Shown here: in pieces, positions 34,579 to 44,629 of the stretch
Layout: every line of letters begins with the position of its first letter
How positions within the stretch are numbered: position 1 is the stretch's first letter
The notes under the pieces: generated by a model
Told to the model about the DNA's origin: nothing
The model's database searches: none
The model's input: only the letters and a program-made list of their open reading frames with translations
Position numbers and translations under genes: made by a program
Assembly: GCA_045650745.1 (NCBI GenBank)
Contig: JAZRRN010000048.1
Location: 5,896 to 69,895, forward strand
Reading direction: 5' to 3'
DNA: 64,000 bases
Source of the DNA: Candidatus Caccovivens sp.
Lineage (GTDB): Bacteria; Bacillota; Clostridia; Christensenellales; UBA1242

Positions 34579-37404
34579 TTAGTTTCCATTTGCCCAGAAA
34601 ATATTTTTCAAGAATTTGCCTGTATAACTTTCTGCAACTTCTACAATTTGTTCTGGTGTGCCGGTTGCAACAATCGTGCCACCTTCGTCGCCACCTTCAG
34701 GTCCAATGTCGATAATGTGATCTGCACATTTGACAACATCAAGGTTGTGTTCGATAACAAGCACGGAGTTTCCATTTTCAACAAGTCGATTTAAAATTGA
34801 AATCAACTTTTTGACATCATACATATGAAGTCCTGTTGTAGGTTCGTCCAAAATATACATTGTCTTGCCTGTTTCTTTTCGAGAAAGTTCGGTCGCAAGT
34901 TTAACTCTTTGCGCCTCGCCACCTGAAAGAGTTGTTGCAGGTTGACCAAGTTTGATATAACCCAAACCAACATCATAAAGCGCTTGAATTTTTGGTTTGA
35001 TGTTTGGAATGTTTTCAAAAAATGCCAATGCATCTTCGACAGTCATATCTAAAACATCACTGATTGTTTTGCCTTTGTATTTAACTTCCAATGTTTCTCT
35101 GTTATATCTCTTTCCTTTGCACACTTCACAAGGCACTGTGATGTCAGGCAAGAAATACATTTCAATTTCTTTCACACCTGCACCTTCGCAAGTCTCACAT
35201 CTTCCACCTTTGACATTAAAACTAAATCTTCCAGCAGTGTAACCTCTTGCCTTTGCATCTGGTGTTGCTGCAAACAATTCTCTTATTGCAGTGAAAACCC
35301 CTGTGTATGTTGCAGGGTTGCTTCGTGGAGTTCTTCCAATTGGTGCTTGATCAATTGCAATAACTTTGTCCAAAACTTCTATGTTTTTGATTTCTTTAAA
35401 TTTTCCAAGCTCCAATTTGCTGTTGTTGAGATTGTTTGACAAATAAGGATAAAGCACCCCATTGACCAAGCTTGACTTACCGCTTCCAGAAACACCTGTC
35501 ACAACAGTCAACACCCCTGTAGGGATTTGCACATCAATGTTTTTCAAGTTGTTTTGTTTTGCACCAATCACAGAAATAAAATCTTTTGGTTTTCTTCTTT
35601 CTGCTGGCACTTCAATCTTTTCGTCCCCTCTCAAAAATTGAGCAGTGATTGATTTTTTGTTTTTCAAAAGCTGGTCGACAGTTCCACAAGCGACAATCTC
35701 GCCACCGTGCACACCTGCATAAGGTCCAACATCGACAATATAATCTGCTGCACGGATTGTGTCTTCATCATGCTCAACAACAATCAAGGTGTTTCCCAAA
35801 TCTTTAAGGTGCTTCAAACTTGCAAGCAACTTTTCGTTGTCTCTTTGGTGAAGGCCAATTGATGGTTCGTCCAAAATGTAAAGGACGCCAACCAAACCAC
35901 TGCCGATTTGAGTTGCAAGCCTGATTCTTTGCGCTTCGCCACCTGAAAGCGATTCGGCAGAACGATTTAGTGTCAAATATGCAAGACCAACATCTTGCAA
36001 GAAATGCAATCTTGCCAAAATCTCTTTCAGGATAGGTTCTGCAATTTGCATTTGTGTTTTGTTTAACGCAAGGTTTTCAACCACAGGAATAAGGTTTTTT
36101 ACACTCAAACTGCAATAGTCATCAATGTCTTTTCTGCAAATCTTGACACTCAAAGCAGATTGATTGAGTCTTTTTCCTCCACACACTTTGCAAGGCAACT
36201 CTCTCATAAATTTTTCGATTTCAAACTTGATATATTCGCTGTTTGTCTCTCTAAATCTTCTTTTAAGGTTGTTTACAATGCCTTCAAAAGCAACTGACAT
36301 TTCCCTTCTTCCACTTTCGTTGACAACCTCAATATCAATCTTTTCATCGCCTGTGCCATACAACAAAATTTTGATTTTGTCTTTTGCAAGCTTGCACACA
36401 GGTTTGTCCAAATCAATGTCATATCTTTTTGAAAGGGCCACAAAAAACGCTTTTGCCATGCCGCCATCAGCAACCTTCCAACCGGTAAGATTGAAAGCCC
36501 CCTCGTTGATTGACAAATCACTGTTTTTCAAAACAAGATCATCATCAATGTCCATAGTATAGCCAAGCCCTGTGCAATGAGGACAAGCACCGTATGGAGC
36601 ATTAAACGAAAACAATCTTGGCGAAATTTCTTCCAACGCCCAACCACATTCTGGACAAGCATAGTTGGTCGAATACATTTCTCTTTCGTCTTCGGTCGCA
36701 ACAATCACCAAACCTTCGGCAAGTTTGAGTGCCGTTTCCAAACTCCCTGTAAGTCTCGAATCTTTTCCATCTTTGATGACAATACGATCAACCACAACAT
36801 TGATGTCGTGTTTAAGATTTTTGTCAAGAATGATTTCTTCATCAAGCATAAAGATGTTTCCATCAATCTCAACTCTCACAAAACCACTTTTTCTGAGTGA
36901 TTCCAAAAGTTTTTCATGTCTGCCCTTTTGACCTCTAACTGCTGGAGCAAGGATTGTCAACTTTGCACCCTCGCCTTTTTCTTTGATTGCGTCAACAATT
37001 TGATCAATGCTCTGTTGCTTGACTTCTTTGTTGCAGTGTGGACAATAAGGCACACCAACACGAGCAAAAAGCAAACGGAAATAATCATAAATTTCTGTCA
37101 CAGTGCCCACAGTTGATCTAGGGTTTCGGTTTGTTGTTTTTTGATCAATCGAGATTGCTGGCGAAAGCCCGTCAATCACCTCAACATCAGGTTTTTGTGT
37201 TTGTCCCAAAAACTGTCTTGCATAAGAAGACAAACTTTCGATATATCTTCTTTGACCTTCTGCAAAAATCGTGCCAAACGCAAGAGAAGATTTCCCCGAT
37301 CCACTCACACCTGTAAACACAACAAATTGATCTCTAGGGATTTGCAAACTAACATTTTTTAAGTTGTTTTCTTTTGCACCCTTGATAATAATAGAATTTT
37401 TCAT
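34579..37404 (-). CDS. uvrA: Excinuclease ABC subunit A
   Basis: [43 protein letters not shown].., a second Walker [15 protein letters not shown], Zn modules CPHC/CPEC.., and two LSGGEAQR signatures. Confidence 0.97.
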   Translation of the reverse strand: MKNSIIIKGAKENNLKNVSLQIPRDQFVVFTGVSGSGKSSLAFGTIFAEGQRRYIESLSSYARQFLGQTQKPDVEVIDGLSPAISIDQKTTNRNPRSTVGTVTEIYDYFRLLFARVGVPYCPHCNKEVKQQSIDQIVDAIKEKGEGAKLTILAPAVRGQKGRHEKLLESLRKSGFVRVEIDGNIFMLDEEIILDKNLKHDINVVVDRIVIKDGKDSRLTGSLETALKLAEGLVIVATEDEREMYSTNYACPECGWALEEISPRLFSFNAPYGACPHCTGLGYTMDIDDDLVLKNSDLSINEGAFNLTGWKVADGGMAKAFFVALSKRYDIDLDKPVCKLAKDKIKILLYGTGDEKIDIEVVNESGRREMSVAFEGIVNNLKRRFRETNSEYIKFEIEKFMRELPCKVCGGKRLNQSALSVKICRKDIDDYCSLSVKNLIPVVENLALNKTQMQIAEPILKEILARLHFLQDVGLAYLTLNRSAESLSGGEAQRIRLATQIGSGLVGVLYILDEPSIGLHQRDNEKLLASLKHLKDLGNTLIVVEHDEDTIRAADYIVDVGPYAGVHGGEIVACGTVDQLLKNKKSITAQFLRGDEKIEVPAERRKPKDFISVIGAKQNNLKNIDVQIPTGVLTVVTGVSGSGKSSLVNGVLYPYLSNNLNNSKLELGKFKEIKNIEVLDKVIAIDQAPIGRTPRSNPATYTGVFTAIRELFAATPDAKARGYTAGRFSFNVKGGRCETCEGAGVKEIEMYFLPDITVPCEVCKGKRYNRETLEVKYKGKTISDVLDMTVEDALAFFENIPNIKPKIQALYDVGLGYIKLGQPATTLSGGEAQRVKLATELSRKETGKTMYILDEPTTGLHMYDVKKLISILNRLVENGNSVLVIEHNLDVVKCADHIIDIGPEGGDEGGTIVATGTPEQIVEVAESYTGKFLKNIFWANGN

Positions 37405-37503
37405 AAACTTACCTTTCCTAAATTTTATTATAACACAATTGTCCAACATCTAACAATACATAAACAAAAAAAACAACACCCGAAAGTGCTGTTTTCTCAA
37501 TTT

Positions 37504-38007
37504 TTACTTGCCTCTGCCACCGTTATCATTTTTGTAAACAACTCCGTTGAGAATAACATCTTGTGTTTCAATTGCCTTTGGCAATTTCTTTCCAACTGCA
37601 ACACCATACAAAGTTGTTTTGCCAATTTCAACAGGTCTGTTTGGATCAATTTCGTGTGCTACACCTGTAAGTGGTGTTGTCGAATAAGCAACAACTTGAC
37701 TAAGCAATGTTTGTGGCGCTTTGTAATAGATTTCTTCCAAAGTTTCTTCAACACTTGGTGCAAATTTGCCTTTATATCCTACCAAAGCGTGTTCGGTTGT
37801 GATTTCACACAACTTTACAAGCTCGCCTCTCACCTTGATTGTTGGTGTCATATCTCTTTTTGACATATGTTCGGTGAGTTCAACTGGTGCAACATAAAAC
37901 AATCCACCACCTGCAAAAAACGATCTGTTTGGATCTTTTGTTTTGATAACTGGTTTAATATCTCTTGCAAGTCTCAAAATAACTTCTTTTCCCAATTTTC
38001 TAGTCAT
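37504..38007 (-). CDS. Hypothetical protein (167 aa) inserted between uvrB and uvrA
   Basis: ORF with a strong AAGGAGA SD and its own consensus promoter. No motif recognised. Confidence 0.65.
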   Translation of the reverse strand: MTRKLGKEVILRLARDIKPVIKTKDPNRSFFAGGGLFYVAPVELTEHMSKRDMTPTIKVRGELVKLCEITTEHALVGYKGKFAPSVEETLEEIYYKAPQTLLSQVVAYSTTPLTGVAHEIDPNRPVEIGKTTLYGVAVGKKLPKAIETQDVILNGVVYKNDNGGRGK

Positions 38008-38041
38008 GATTTTTCTTTCTCCTTGTCACAAATGTAACCAC

Positions 38042-38070
38042 ATTTTACCATCAGTTGGTCATTTTGTCAA
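38042..38070 (-). promoter_or_regulatory. Consensus promoter of the 167-aa gene
   Basis: Minus strand: TTGACA (38070-38065), 17 nt, TGg-TAAAAT (38047-38042). It is flanked by TTGTCAC repeats at 38023-38029 and 38079-38085. Confidence 0.65.
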
Positions 38071-38103
38071 GGGGCACTTTGTCACGCCTTCATTGCTAGG
38101 CAA

Positions 38104-38127
38104 CAAAAAAAGAGGTTGATCACCCCT
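38104..38127 (-). terminator. uvrB terminator
   Basis: Minus strand: AGGGGT-GATCA-ACCTCT followed by T7. Confidence 0.6.
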
Positions 38128-38128
38128 T

Positions 38129-40093
38129 TTATTTGCCTCTTTTGTCAAGTCGTTTTTTCAACTCGTTTATCTTGTTTCTAAGTTCGATCGCCCTTTCAAA
38201 ATCAAGTTGTGCCGATGCAATTTTCATCATCGAAGTCAAACGGTCAATCTCTTTTGGAATATCCTTCTTTGCAATTTCGTTGTGATCAACTTTCTTCGCA
38301 ATGTCCAAAGTGTTTTTAATTTCTTTGACAATTGTTTTTGGCACAATATTGTGCTTTTTGTTAAATTCTTCTTGCAACGATCTTCTTCTGCTTGTTTCAT
38401 CAATCGCCTTTTGCATAGATTTTGTGATTGTGTCTGCAAACATAATCACTCTGCCGTTTGCATTTCTTGCAGCACGCCCAATTGTTTGAATCAAAGCTCC
38501 TTCACTTCGCAAAAATCCTTCTTTGTCTGCGTCCAAAATGCACACAAGTTCCACTTCTGGCATATCCAAACCTTCTCTCAAGAGGTTGATGCCAACAAGA
38601 ATGTCAAACTCGCCTTGTCTGAGTCCATTGATGATCTCCACCCTTTCCATTGTGTCGATTTCGGAGTGCAGATATTTCACCTTAAACTCTCTGTCGGCAA
38701 GATAAGTCGTCAAGCTTTCGGCCATCTTCTTTGTAAGCGTTGTGACAAGCACCCTTGCACCACGAGCAATGATCTCTTTACACTCTTGCATAAGCACTTC
38801 AATTTGATTTTCGATTGGCTTGATTTCTACTTTTGGGTCAAGAAGTCCGGTCGGTCTGATAACTTGTTCAACAATCTGACCAGCTTTGTCAGTTTCGTAA
38901 GCTGATGGTGTGGCTGAAACATAAATTGTTTGTTTCAATTTTTTTTCAAACTCTTCAAACTTCAAAGGCCTGTTGTCTCTTGCCGCTTCCAAACGGAAAC
39001 CAAAATCAACAAGCGAAGTTTTTCTTGCTTTGTCTCCGTTATACATTGCTCTGATTTGAGGGATTGTCATGTGACTTTCGTCAATGATTGTCAAAAAGTC
39101 ATTTGGAAAATAATCAATAAGTGTGTATGGTGGCTCGCCAGGTTTTCTGCCATCAAAATATCTCGAATAGTTTTCAATTCCGCTGCAATAACCAACTTCT
39201 TGCATCATTTCCATGTCATAAGCAACTCTTTGGCCAATGCGTTCGGCTTCCAAAGGTTTGTTTGCATCTTCAAATTGCTTGATTGCAATTTCTCTGTCAA
39301 TGCCAATTTGCACAAGAGCATCTTTCAGTGTTGTGCTTCCGACTGCATAATGTGTCGCAGGATAAATCGCAACAAAGCTCAACTTGTTGAGCATTGTTCC
39401 ACTGACAGGATCAAACTCATAAATCCTTTCAATTTCATCTCCAAAAAATTCGACTCTCACAGCAAGTTCGGAAGTGTTGGCAGGAAATATATCCACAACA
39501 TCACCCTTAACCCTGAAAGTTGTGCGCTTGAAATCAATGTCGTTTCGTGTGTATTGAATTGCAATCAAATGATTGATCAAATCATCTCTGTCACACACAT
39601 CACCTTCTCGCAAAGCAATGTGCAAATTGTGATATTCTTCTGGGCTTCCCAAACCATAAATACATGAAACCGAAGCCACAACAATCGTGTCATTTCGCTC
39701 CAACAACGAAGAAGTCGCAGACGAACGCAACTTGTCTATATCTTCGTTGACACTCATATCCTTTTCGATGTAAGTGTCTGTCGAAACAATGTATGCCTCT
39801 GGCTGATAATAATCATAATACGAAACAAAATATTCAACACGATTGTTTGGAAAAAACTCCCTAAACTCGTTGCAAAGCTGCGCTGCCAAAGTTTTGTTGT
39901 GCGCAATCACAAGCGTTGGTTTGTTTACCTTTTCAATTATGTTTGCCATCGTAAATGTTTTGCCCGAACCAGTAACACCCAAAAGCACTTGATCTTTCAA
40001 TCCATCTTCAAGACCTTCAACAAGTTTTTCAATCGCTTGTGGCTGATCGCCTGCCGGCTTATATTTCGACTTCAATTCAAATTTTCTTTCCAT
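38129..40093 (-). CDS. uvrB: Excinuclease ABC subunit B
   Basis: [40 protein letters not shown].., DESH box, and C-terminal UVR domain ..[17 protein letters not shown]. Confidence 0.97.
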   Translation of the reverse strand: MERKFELKSKYKPAGDQPQAIEKLVEGLEDGLKDQVLLGVTGSGKTFTMANIIEKVNKPTLVIAHNKTLAAQLCNEFREFFPNNRVEYFVSYYDYYQPEAYIVSTDTYIEKDMSVNEDIDKLRSSATSSLLERNDTIVVASVSCIYGLGSPEEYHNLHIALREGDVCDRDDLINHLIAIQYTRNDIDFKRTTFRVKGDVVDIFPANTSELAVRVEFFGDEIERIYEFDPVSGTMLNKLSFVAIYPATHYAVGSTTLKDALVQIGIDREIAIKQFEDANKPLEAERIGQRVAYDMEMMQEVGYCSGIENYSRYFDGRKPGEPPYTLIDYFPNDFLTIIDESHMTIPQIRAMYNGDKARKTSLVDFGFRLEAARDNRPLKFEEFEKKLKQTIYVSATPSAYETDKAGQIVEQVIRPTGLLDPKVEIKPIENQIEVLMQECKEIIARGARVLVTTLTKKMAESLTTYLADREFKVKYLHSEIDTMERVEIINGLRQGEFDILVGINLLREGLDMPEVELVCILDADKEGFLRSEGALIQTIGRAARNANGRVIMFADTITKSMQKAIDETSRRRSLQEEFNKKHNIVPKTIVKEIKNTLDIAKKVDHNEIAKKDIPKEIDRLTSMMKIASAQLDFERAIELRNKINELKKRLDKRGK

Positions 40094-40166
40094 AAGTTTA
40101 TTATAACACAAAACCCAATCTTTTTGTCATCTATTTTTGTTTGTTTTGTTTCAAATTAAAACCAAC

Positions 40167-40188
40167 AAAAAAAACAGCCCTTAGGCCG
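40167..40188 (-). terminator. Weak GC hairpin plus T8 after the coiA-like gene
   Basis: Minus strand: CGGCC-TAAG-GGCTG followed by T8. Confidence 0.45.
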
Positions 40189-40191
40189 TTT

Positions 40192-41052
40192 TTATTTTCT
40201 TTTTCTATAATTATATTGTCGATGTTTCGATGTATTCATTGGCAATGACCACTCTCGAGGACCTCTCCCACTATATCTCTTAGAAGACATGTTTGTTGTA
40301 AATTGAACGGTCTTCTGTTTGTTGGTCGAATAAATATCACGATTTATCAATTCGCTTATTGACGGAATTTTGATTTTGAATAATTCTTCTATGTACGACA
40401 TGTCAACATCATATTCCTTCAAAAAACACCAAGGAATTATGTCGACATTAGGATCTTCAAACCTAAAATACCTTCTTGTCTCAAAATTAATAATAGAAAT
40501 TAAAACACTGTTTATGTTATTATTAATTTCCTTGTCAATTTCAAAAAACACAAAAACATCATTATTGTATCTTATAAAATCAGTAAATGTGCTTTCAAAA
40601 ATATTTCCCTTCTTCCAATTGAAAGTTCCATCTTCATTGACAGATATCTGTCCCCTCATATCAAATACCCATACAACAGATTTTCCACAACTAGTATAGA
40701 ATCTATTTCTTTTGTTAAACTCCGTATTTGAAATATGGCTATGCTGAAATTCTATAACAACATTTTTTACAAATACATCAGCCCTATGGCACTCAGTCAC
40801 ACCTTTGATCCAAACTTCTCTGTTTTCTTTTGCAAAATTCTCTTGCCACTTTAAATGCCAATCTGACATAGGTTCATATTTCCAATTATCTTTGCATGTG
40901 GTTTTTGGAAAATGCGAAAAACAATGTTTTTTTCTTGTTCCAAAAATTTTTAATATTAAAGGCTCTCCACAAGCAGGGCAAAAATACTTTTTACTTTTGT
41001 CCACATCATCAATATATACACTGTTTCCGTTTACATCATTTGCTCTAAACAT
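40192..41052 (-). CDS. CoiA-like competence/nuclease family protein
   Basis: YFCPACGEPLILKIFGTRKKHCFSHF (Zn-ribbon region), ..EPMSDWHLKWQENF.., and ..CHRADVFVKNVVIEFQHSHIS..F.KRNRFY (PD-(D/E)xK-like core typical of CoiA). AGGAGA SD. Confidence 0.7.
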   Translation of the reverse strand: MFRANDVNGNSVYIDDVDKSKKYFCPACGEPLILKIFGTRKKHCFSHFPKTTCKDNWKYEPMSDWHLKWQENFAKENREVWIKGVTECHRADVFVKNVVIEFQHSHISNTEFNKRNRFYTSCGKSVVWVFDMRGQISVNEDGTFNWKKGNIFESTFTDFIRYNNDVFVFFEIDKEINNNINSVLISIINFETRRYFRFEDPNVDIIPWCFLKEYDVDMSYIEELFKIKIPSISELINRDIYSTNKQKTVQFTTNMSSKRYSGRGPREWSLPMNTSKHRQYNYRKRK

Positions 41053-41081
41053 AATTCTCCTAACATTTCAGCCTGTATAAC

Positions 41082-41996
41082 CTAGGCCGTTTTTTTAGTT
41101 TTTCTCTTTTTGAGTGAAATTGTGTTTATCAAAATGTAAATGCCAAGCAGCAACACCACACAACCTGCAATAATGCCATACATTGCGCCAGTGCTTATGT
41201 TTGTGCCAAAAAAGGAAAGGTTTATGTCATTGAAATCTTTGATCCCCTCAACCACATCACTTGGCATACCCGATTTTGACAATGCAGCCAAAGCACCTCT
41301 CATGGTGTGGTTTTTGATAAGTGAAGTGCCATAAGTGCTAGGGAAAAACATCAACACCTTTTGCAAAGTTGGCCCAAACGAAGCGATTGGCATGTAAGCC
41401 CCACTGATAAAACCATAAACCGAACTTACGATTGTGCCAACTGCAGAAATTTGTCCTTGTGATTTCAAGAAGAAGTTGACAACCGATGCAAGCAATGTGC
41501 CAAACAAGGTCAACAAAACAACATCTGCCAAAACAAGCAAAACATCAACAAACGAAAAATACCAGCCGACAATTGCAGTGTAACCAAAACAAAGCGCTGT
41601 TGCAAAAAGACACACAATCAATGTGTTGATAAAAGTTGCTGTAAAATAAGAAAGTGCCAACTTATATTTTTTGACAGGTGCAATGCGAAAATCATTGGTT
41701 ACACCTGTTATTTTGTCTTGCACCATCAACATATTCGAGCAAAAAGCGACCGTCACAGCCGAAACTGAAACAATCGAAGCAAAAAGTTGTCCACTTATCA
41801 TGCCAGAAATGATTTTTTCTGACACCTCAACCCCTTCCGGAATGTTTGAAATGTAACTATCCTTAAAAACATTCCCCAAAAATGTTGCATAAAGCACAAG
41901 CAAAATCAAAGGAGTCGCCAAAGAAGTAAAAAACAACCCTTTGTCCTTGAAAAATATTTTTACATTTCGTTTGACTATCATCAAAAATTGTTTCAT
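41082..41996 (-). CDS. ABC-2 type transporter permease
   Basis: 304 aa, six predicted TM segments. Its start overlaps the stop of the upstream ATPase gene (ATGA overlap). Confidence 0.85.
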   Translation of the reverse strand: MKQFLMIVKRNVKIFFKDKGLFFTSLATPLILLVLYATFLGNVFKDSYISNIPEGVEVSEKIISGMISGQLFASIVSVSAVTVAFCSNMLMVQDKITGVTNDFRIAPVKKYKLALSYFTATFINTLIVCLFATALCFGYTAIVGWYFSFVDVLLVLADVVLLTLFGTLLASVVNFFLKSQGQISAVGTIVSSVYGFISGAYMPIASFGPTLQKVLMFFPSTYGTSLIKNHTMRGALAALSKSGMPSDVVEGIKDFNDINLSFFGTNISTGAMYGIIAGCVVLLLGIYILINTISLKKRKTKKTA

Positions 41997-42901
41997 TTGT
42001 TACCTCCCTCAATTTTTTTGCCGGTAACACTCAAAAACACATCATCAATCTTTCCCTTTTCGATTTCATAATCCTTAAACACATCAGGATATTTCAAAAT
42101 CAAATCGGTTGCTTCAGCCGTGTTTTTAACTTCAATCTTAAAACATTCTGGCAAAATTTCATAAGGGATTTTAAGTTTCTTGACTTTCTTTTCAGTGCTA
42201 TTATACAACTTGATAAAGTCACCAGTATATTTGTTTTTAAGGGCCAACGGACTTCCTTGTGCAACAATTTTGCCATTGTCGATGATCACAATGTTGTTTG
42301 AATCTGCGGCTTCTTCCATATAGTGTGTTGTCAAAAAAATTGTAGTCCCAAACTCTTTGCGCATAAAATTTAATGCTTGCCAAACAGTTTTTCTTGTTTG
42401 TGCATCAAGCCCTGTTGTAGGTTCGTCCAAAATCAAAAGTTTGGGATTGTGAATGATTGCTCTTGCAATGTCAATCCTTCTTCTCTGTCCGCCAGACAAT
42501 TTGCCAACTGGTCTTTTAAGCAAATCTTTGATGTCAAAAAGTTTGTCAATTTCACCAATTCGCTTCTCAAAATCTTTGCCAAAAATTCCATAAAGTGCAG
42601 CACGACTTTCCAAATTGTCTTTCACAGACAACTTTTTGTCCAAAACAGAATCTTGATACACAACACCTATTTTTGATTTGTGTTGATCGGATTTTTCAAC
42701 ATTTTCGCCATCAATCAAAACTTCGCCAAAATCTTTGTTGCAAACCCCACAAATGATGTTGATTGTTGTTGATTTTCCTGCACCATTGAGACCAAGAAAA
42801 GAAAACAATTCTCCTTCAGTGACAGAAAAAGAAATGTCATCAACAGCTTTGACATCGCCAAAATGTTTCTTCAAATTTTTTATCTCTAAAATCTTGCCCA
42901 T
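41993..42901 (-). CDS. ABC transporter ATP-binding protein (ABC-2/DrrA-like exporter ATPase)
   Basis: MGKILEIKNLKKHFG.., Walker A GLNGAGKST, signature LSGGQRRR, Walker [13 protein letters not shown]. Confidence 0.92.
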   Translation of the reverse strand: MGKILEIKNLKKHFGDVKAVDDISFSVTEGELFSFLGLNGAGKSTTINIICGVCNKDFGEVLIDGENVEKSDQHKSKIGVVYQDSVLDKKLSVKDNLESRAALYGIFGKDFEKRIGEIDKLFDIKDLLKRPVGKLSGGQRRRIDIARAIIHNPKLLILDEPTTGLDAQTRKTVWQALNFMRKEFGTTIFLTTHYMEEAADSNNIVIIDNGKIVAQGSPLALKNKYTGDFIKLYNSTEKKVKKLKIPYEILPECFKIEVKNTAEATDLILKYPDVFKDYEIEKGKIDDVFLSVTGKKIEGGNK

Positions 42902-42954
42902 AACTTGCCCTCTGCACAATAAAAAATAAACAAACTTTTACAGAGGTATTGTAG

Positions 42955-42973
42955 CACAAAAATATTTTTTGTG
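42955..42973. promoter_or_regulatory. Perfect inverted repeat overlapping the ABC-operon promoter spacer (possible operator)
   Basis: CACAAAAA-TAT-TTTTTGTG. On the minus strand, TGc-TACAAT (-10) is at 42953-42948 and TTTCAC (-35) at 42976-42971. Confidence 0.4.
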
Positions 42974-42984
42974 AAAACAAATTG

Positions 42985-43344
42985 TCAACTTTTGAAAATT
43001 GCACGCAAAATAATGCCAAAAACAAAACTTACCGTTGCCAAAAACATACTTCGCAGCACCAGCAATCCCATTGTCCTTCTGCTTTTTTTTGCATCAACCA
43101 AATATGTCTGCCCTGCTTTTTTCAAGTTTACACAATAAAAATATCCGTTCTTCCCATCAGAGACAACAAAGTCAATGTAATTTTGGTTTGCCAACGAAAC
43201 CATAATTTCGTCAATCTCCGAAACAGACAACACAAACTTTTTTGACAATGCTTGTGTTATGTCTTGTGGAGCAATCAAATATGTTTTGTTTTTTTGACAC
43301 TTTTTGCATAAATATGTCATAGTCAGTTTTTCTTTTTTTGTCAT
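42985..43344 (-). CDS. Small protein with a winged-helix-like N-terminal domain and a C-terminal TM helix, paralog A
   Basis: The start at MTKKEKLTMTYLCKKCQKNKTYLIAPQDITQAL.. is chosen by alignment with the divergent paralog. C-terminal TM segment: MGLLVLRSMFLATVSFVFGIIL. Confidence 0.6.
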   Translation of the reverse strand: MTKKEKLTMTYLCKKCQKNKTYLIAPQDITQALSKKFVLSVSEIDEIMVSLANQNYIDFVVSDGKNGYFYCVNLKKAGQTYLVDAKKSRRTMGLLVLRSMFLATVSFVFGIILRAIFKS

Positions 43345-43434
43345 AGTTATTCTCGAAATTTTGCGCAAAAATCTTCATTTTTGCTCCTTTTTGCTTTATG
43401 TATATTCTTGCCAAATATTTGAAAAACTAACACT

Positions 43435-43821
43435 ATGATTGACACAAAATCCAAATTAATCCTTTCAATCTTGTCAAAAGAATGCGAAAACGGAAACTAC
43501 AAAATCGTGGAAATATGCGACATAATCTCTGCTCTTCCACGGCAATTTCGCATGGACAGCGAGGCCGTAAAACACATTTTAACCTATCTCGAACGACAAG
43601 ATGCAATCTCAATAAAGTATGATGATGACGATGTTTATTGTTTAGCAATTTTGCCTTATGGGTATCAAATTTTGGAAAATGCAAAACCCAAACTAATTTA
43701 TTCAAACTCACCAAAAACAAACAAATTTACGGCAATTTTGTGCTTTTTTTCTGCATTTCTAGGCACAATTGTCGGCATCGGTATAACTTTTTTGCTGATC
43801 AAACTTTTTCATATTTCATAA
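43435..43821 (+). CDS. Small protein with a winged-helix-like N-terminal domain and a C-terminal TM helix, paralog B
   Basis: MIDTKSKLILSILSKECENGNYKIVEICDIISAL...YLERQDAISIKYDDDDVYC..; C-terminal TM FTAILCFFSAFLGTIVGIGITFLLI. No obvious SD. Confidence 0.6.
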   Translation: MIDTKSKLILSILSKECENGNYKIVEICDIISALPRQFRMDSEAVKHILTYLERQDAISIKYDDDDVYCLAILPYGYQILENAKPKLIYSNSPKTNKFTAILCFFSAFLGTIVGIGITFLLIKLFHIS

Positions 43822-43839
43822 CACAAATTGACTGCAACA

Positions 43840-43870
43840 AAAAAAGACCTCAAAATTTGAGGTCTTTTTC
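43840..43870. terminator. Bidirectional terminator
   Basis: AAAAAAGACCTCAAA-AT-TTGAGGTCTTTTT. Confidence 0.75.
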
Positions 43871-44605
43871 TTATTTTGAAAAAAGTGTTTTAAGTTGTTC
43901 GACATCACAGTATGATCTTACCAATCTTTCATCTTGTTGACTGTACACTCCATCTTCGCCAACAATATAAGAGTCAATAAAATTCACACCACAAGTTTCG
44001 CACAAATTTTTTACCATTTCAAATGCTTCAACATCATTTCCTGATGGCATTGCTCTCCCATAAGGATGACAGTGTGCCACAACAAACGATGCCGGTTTTG
44101 ATGTTGAAAGAAAATTTGTAAGTTCCAAAACACTGATGCTCACTTGACCAGAAGAGTCTGATTTGATCCTTCTTTTGTGAGTAACAATGTTGCCTGCACT
44201 GATTGCAATCAAAATCATATTTTCAGTGTTTCTAAATCTCAAATTGTCTTCAACAATGTCGATAATATCGGCCTTGCAAAAGACTTTTGTCTTTTTGCCC
44301 ATTTTGCTTGATGTGTAGTGAAAAAACAAATCACCAAACAAAACAATCTTTTTGGCAGACCTTTCGTTTATGCCTTTGATGCGAGCAAGATCGCTCACCG
44401 AAGCATCAACAATGTTTGCCAAAGATTCGTATTCTTCAAGAAGTCGATGGGCGAGAGGATTTACATCTCCTCTAGGGAAAATGTAAGTCAAAAACAATTC
44501 AACGACTTGCACATCACTCATATTGTCCACCCCTGCATTTACTGCAAGGTCAGTCAACCTTTGTCTGTGCCCTTCATGCATTGTTTTTTCAATGTCACCT
44601 CTCAC
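43871..44605 (-). CDS. radC: RadC-like JAB-domain protein, paralog 2, located 24 nt downstream of the giant ORF
   Basis: GTG start at 44605, 8 nt after AAGGAG. (M)RGDIEKTMHEGHRQRLTDLAVNAGVDNMSDVQVVELFLTYIFPRGDVNPLAHRLLEEYESLANI.. The JAB region is ..FVVAHCHPYGRAMPSGND. Confidence 0.85.
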   Translation of the reverse strand: MRGDIEKTMHEGHRQRLTDLAVNAGVDNMSDVQVVELFLTYIFPRGDVNPLAHRLLEEYESLANIVDASVSDLARIKGINERSAKKIVLFGDLFFHYTSSKMGKKTKVFCKADIIDIVEDNLRFRNTENMILIAISAGNIVTHKRRIKSDSSGQVSISVLELTNFLSTSKPASFVVAHCHPYGRAMPSGNDVEAFEMVKNLCETCGVNFIDSYIVGEDGVYSQQDERLVRSYCDVEQLKTLFSK

Positions 44606-44629
44606 CTGTCAATCTCCTTTTTGGTTGTT

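Noticed and set aside
38207-39667. Plus-strand ORFs of 232 and 245 aa antisense to uvrB
   Set aside because: They lie inside the conserved uvrB gene and have no motifs or SD. They are antisense-frame artefacts favoured by the codon bias of minus-strand genes.
34579-40191. LexA/Cheo-box (GAAC-N4-GTTC) SOS operators upstream of uvrA, uvrB and the intervening gene
   Set aside because: I saw no such motif in the upstream regions (37405-37503, 38008-38128, 40094-40191), so no SOS-box feature is reported.
41066-41096. Hairpin CAGCCT..AGGCCG plus a T-run, considered as the terminator for the ABC permease gene
   Set aside because: The T-run follows the hairpin only on the plus strand, and the permease gene is on the minus strand. 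On that strand the hairpin spans its stop codon and is followed by the SD and ATG of the coiA-like gene. I treat it as part of the direct-repeat observation instead.
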